Made by a program: the position numbers and the translations under genes
Notes under the pieces: model-generated
Databases searched by the model: none
Told to the model about the DNA's origin: nothing
What the model saw: only the letters and a program-made list of their open reading frames with translations
NCBI GenBank assembly: GCA_000182565.2
Contig: KQ257455.1
Length of the DNA stretch: 64,000 bases
Source: Spizellomyces punctatus DAOM BR117
Taxonomy: Eukaryota
Reading direction: 5' to 3' (one strand)
Shown: positions 63,158-64,000 of the stretch, piece after piece
Numbering within the stretch: position 1 is the stretch's first letter
How the letters are laid out: every line of letters begins with the position of its first letter

Positions 63158-64000
63158 ATGAGCAGCAAGTCTAGGAGCTTTCAAGCTGCCGTTGGATTTG
63201 GCGTCGTTTCGAGCACTCCAGGTGAGCTTTTCGGGTTTTCTCCTCTTTTGGCATGTCTGTACAAGTATGCGGTCATTTGGAAAAAAGAGATCGGGTCAAG
63301 TGCCGAATGAGGGTGTTTGTTGGTCATGCATGCACTGGACAATGCGACACCGCATTTCTAACGATACTGGTAACCTAGACCGCCAAACGTCACGCCTCCC
63401 CAAAATAGTCCTTGACGAAGCCGCCCGTCGAAAAGCACAGGAGCGACATTTAGAAGAACTTCAGCAAGACAATTATGCAGCCGATATCCCAGATACCGCC
63501 GAACTAGAGATAGTATCATCCGCAAGAAAGAAACGGGTTTTGGAAGATGAGGACCCGTCTGGTATGTTGTTGCATTAGGCACACATTCAGAAGGCTAGCA
63601 TTAATATGGGTCATCGCAGCCCGAACATCCATGAACAAGCGTCAGAAACGGGCATCCGTAAAGCGAATCCTTCTCCAAAAGAAAAATCTGGCAACCCTGA
63701 TACAGGAATCTGTGAGTGGTTTCTCGTTATTGACCTAAAGTTTTCAGCCAGTAACGCCAATTCTGGATAGAATATTGAAAGTATGCCGCCTGAAGTACCT
63801 ACCTACCTAACAGCAGCAGCAGCACCATCCCGCTTTCCTCCCCGTAAATTCTGCTCTGTGTGTGGATATTTCTCGCAGTATAATTGCATACGATGCGGCA
63901 TGCGATATTGCTCAATAACCTGCAGAGACACGCATAATGAGACTCGGTAGGTTTTGTTTCAAGTTTAACCTTTGATTTGATGCTCATTCGGTTTCCGCGC
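63158..64000 (+). CDS. VPS71: SWR1 subunit Vps71/Swc6 (ZNHIT1, zf-HIT); runs off the window end
   Basis: HLEELQQDNY; PPRKFCSVCGYFSQYNCIRCGMRYCSITCRDTHNETR. Confidence 0.88.

Overview
Intron-rich, gene-dense eukaryotic DNA from a flagellated (chytrid) fungus. The evidence is short GT-AG introns, fungal housekeeping genes and the ciliary gene NPHP1; a Spu-1-type element points to Spizellomyces (inference). From about 12.7 kb to the end the window is a host gene array: ABCB1/MDR1, Lines-like, SQS1-like, a Rieske oxygenase, NPHP1, a RasGEF, TVP23, a Myb/U-box protein, TMEM128-like, RAD52, exportin-T, IVD, XRN1, MGS1, a C2H2 protein, a SulP transporter and VPS71. The region ~1.3-12.2 kb is an accessory island with eukaryotic RNA-guided (OMEGA/Fanzor) components. 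(i) A 756-bp TIR element at 3462-4217 has no Fanzor ORF but has a CATA TAM/TA junction and a SpuFz1-type omegaRNA scaffold at its right end (a 'ghost' locus). (ii) A cluster of intronless ORFs includes one giant-virus-like fragment. (iii) A divergent intron-containing Fanzor1 gene (minus strand, ~7086-9120) has a D-to-N change at RuvC-III, a frame disruption and two candidate omegaRNA structures downstream; the distal one abuts the truncated virus-like ORF. Family assignments come from motif recognition and recall; no database searches were run, and exon boundaries are approximate.
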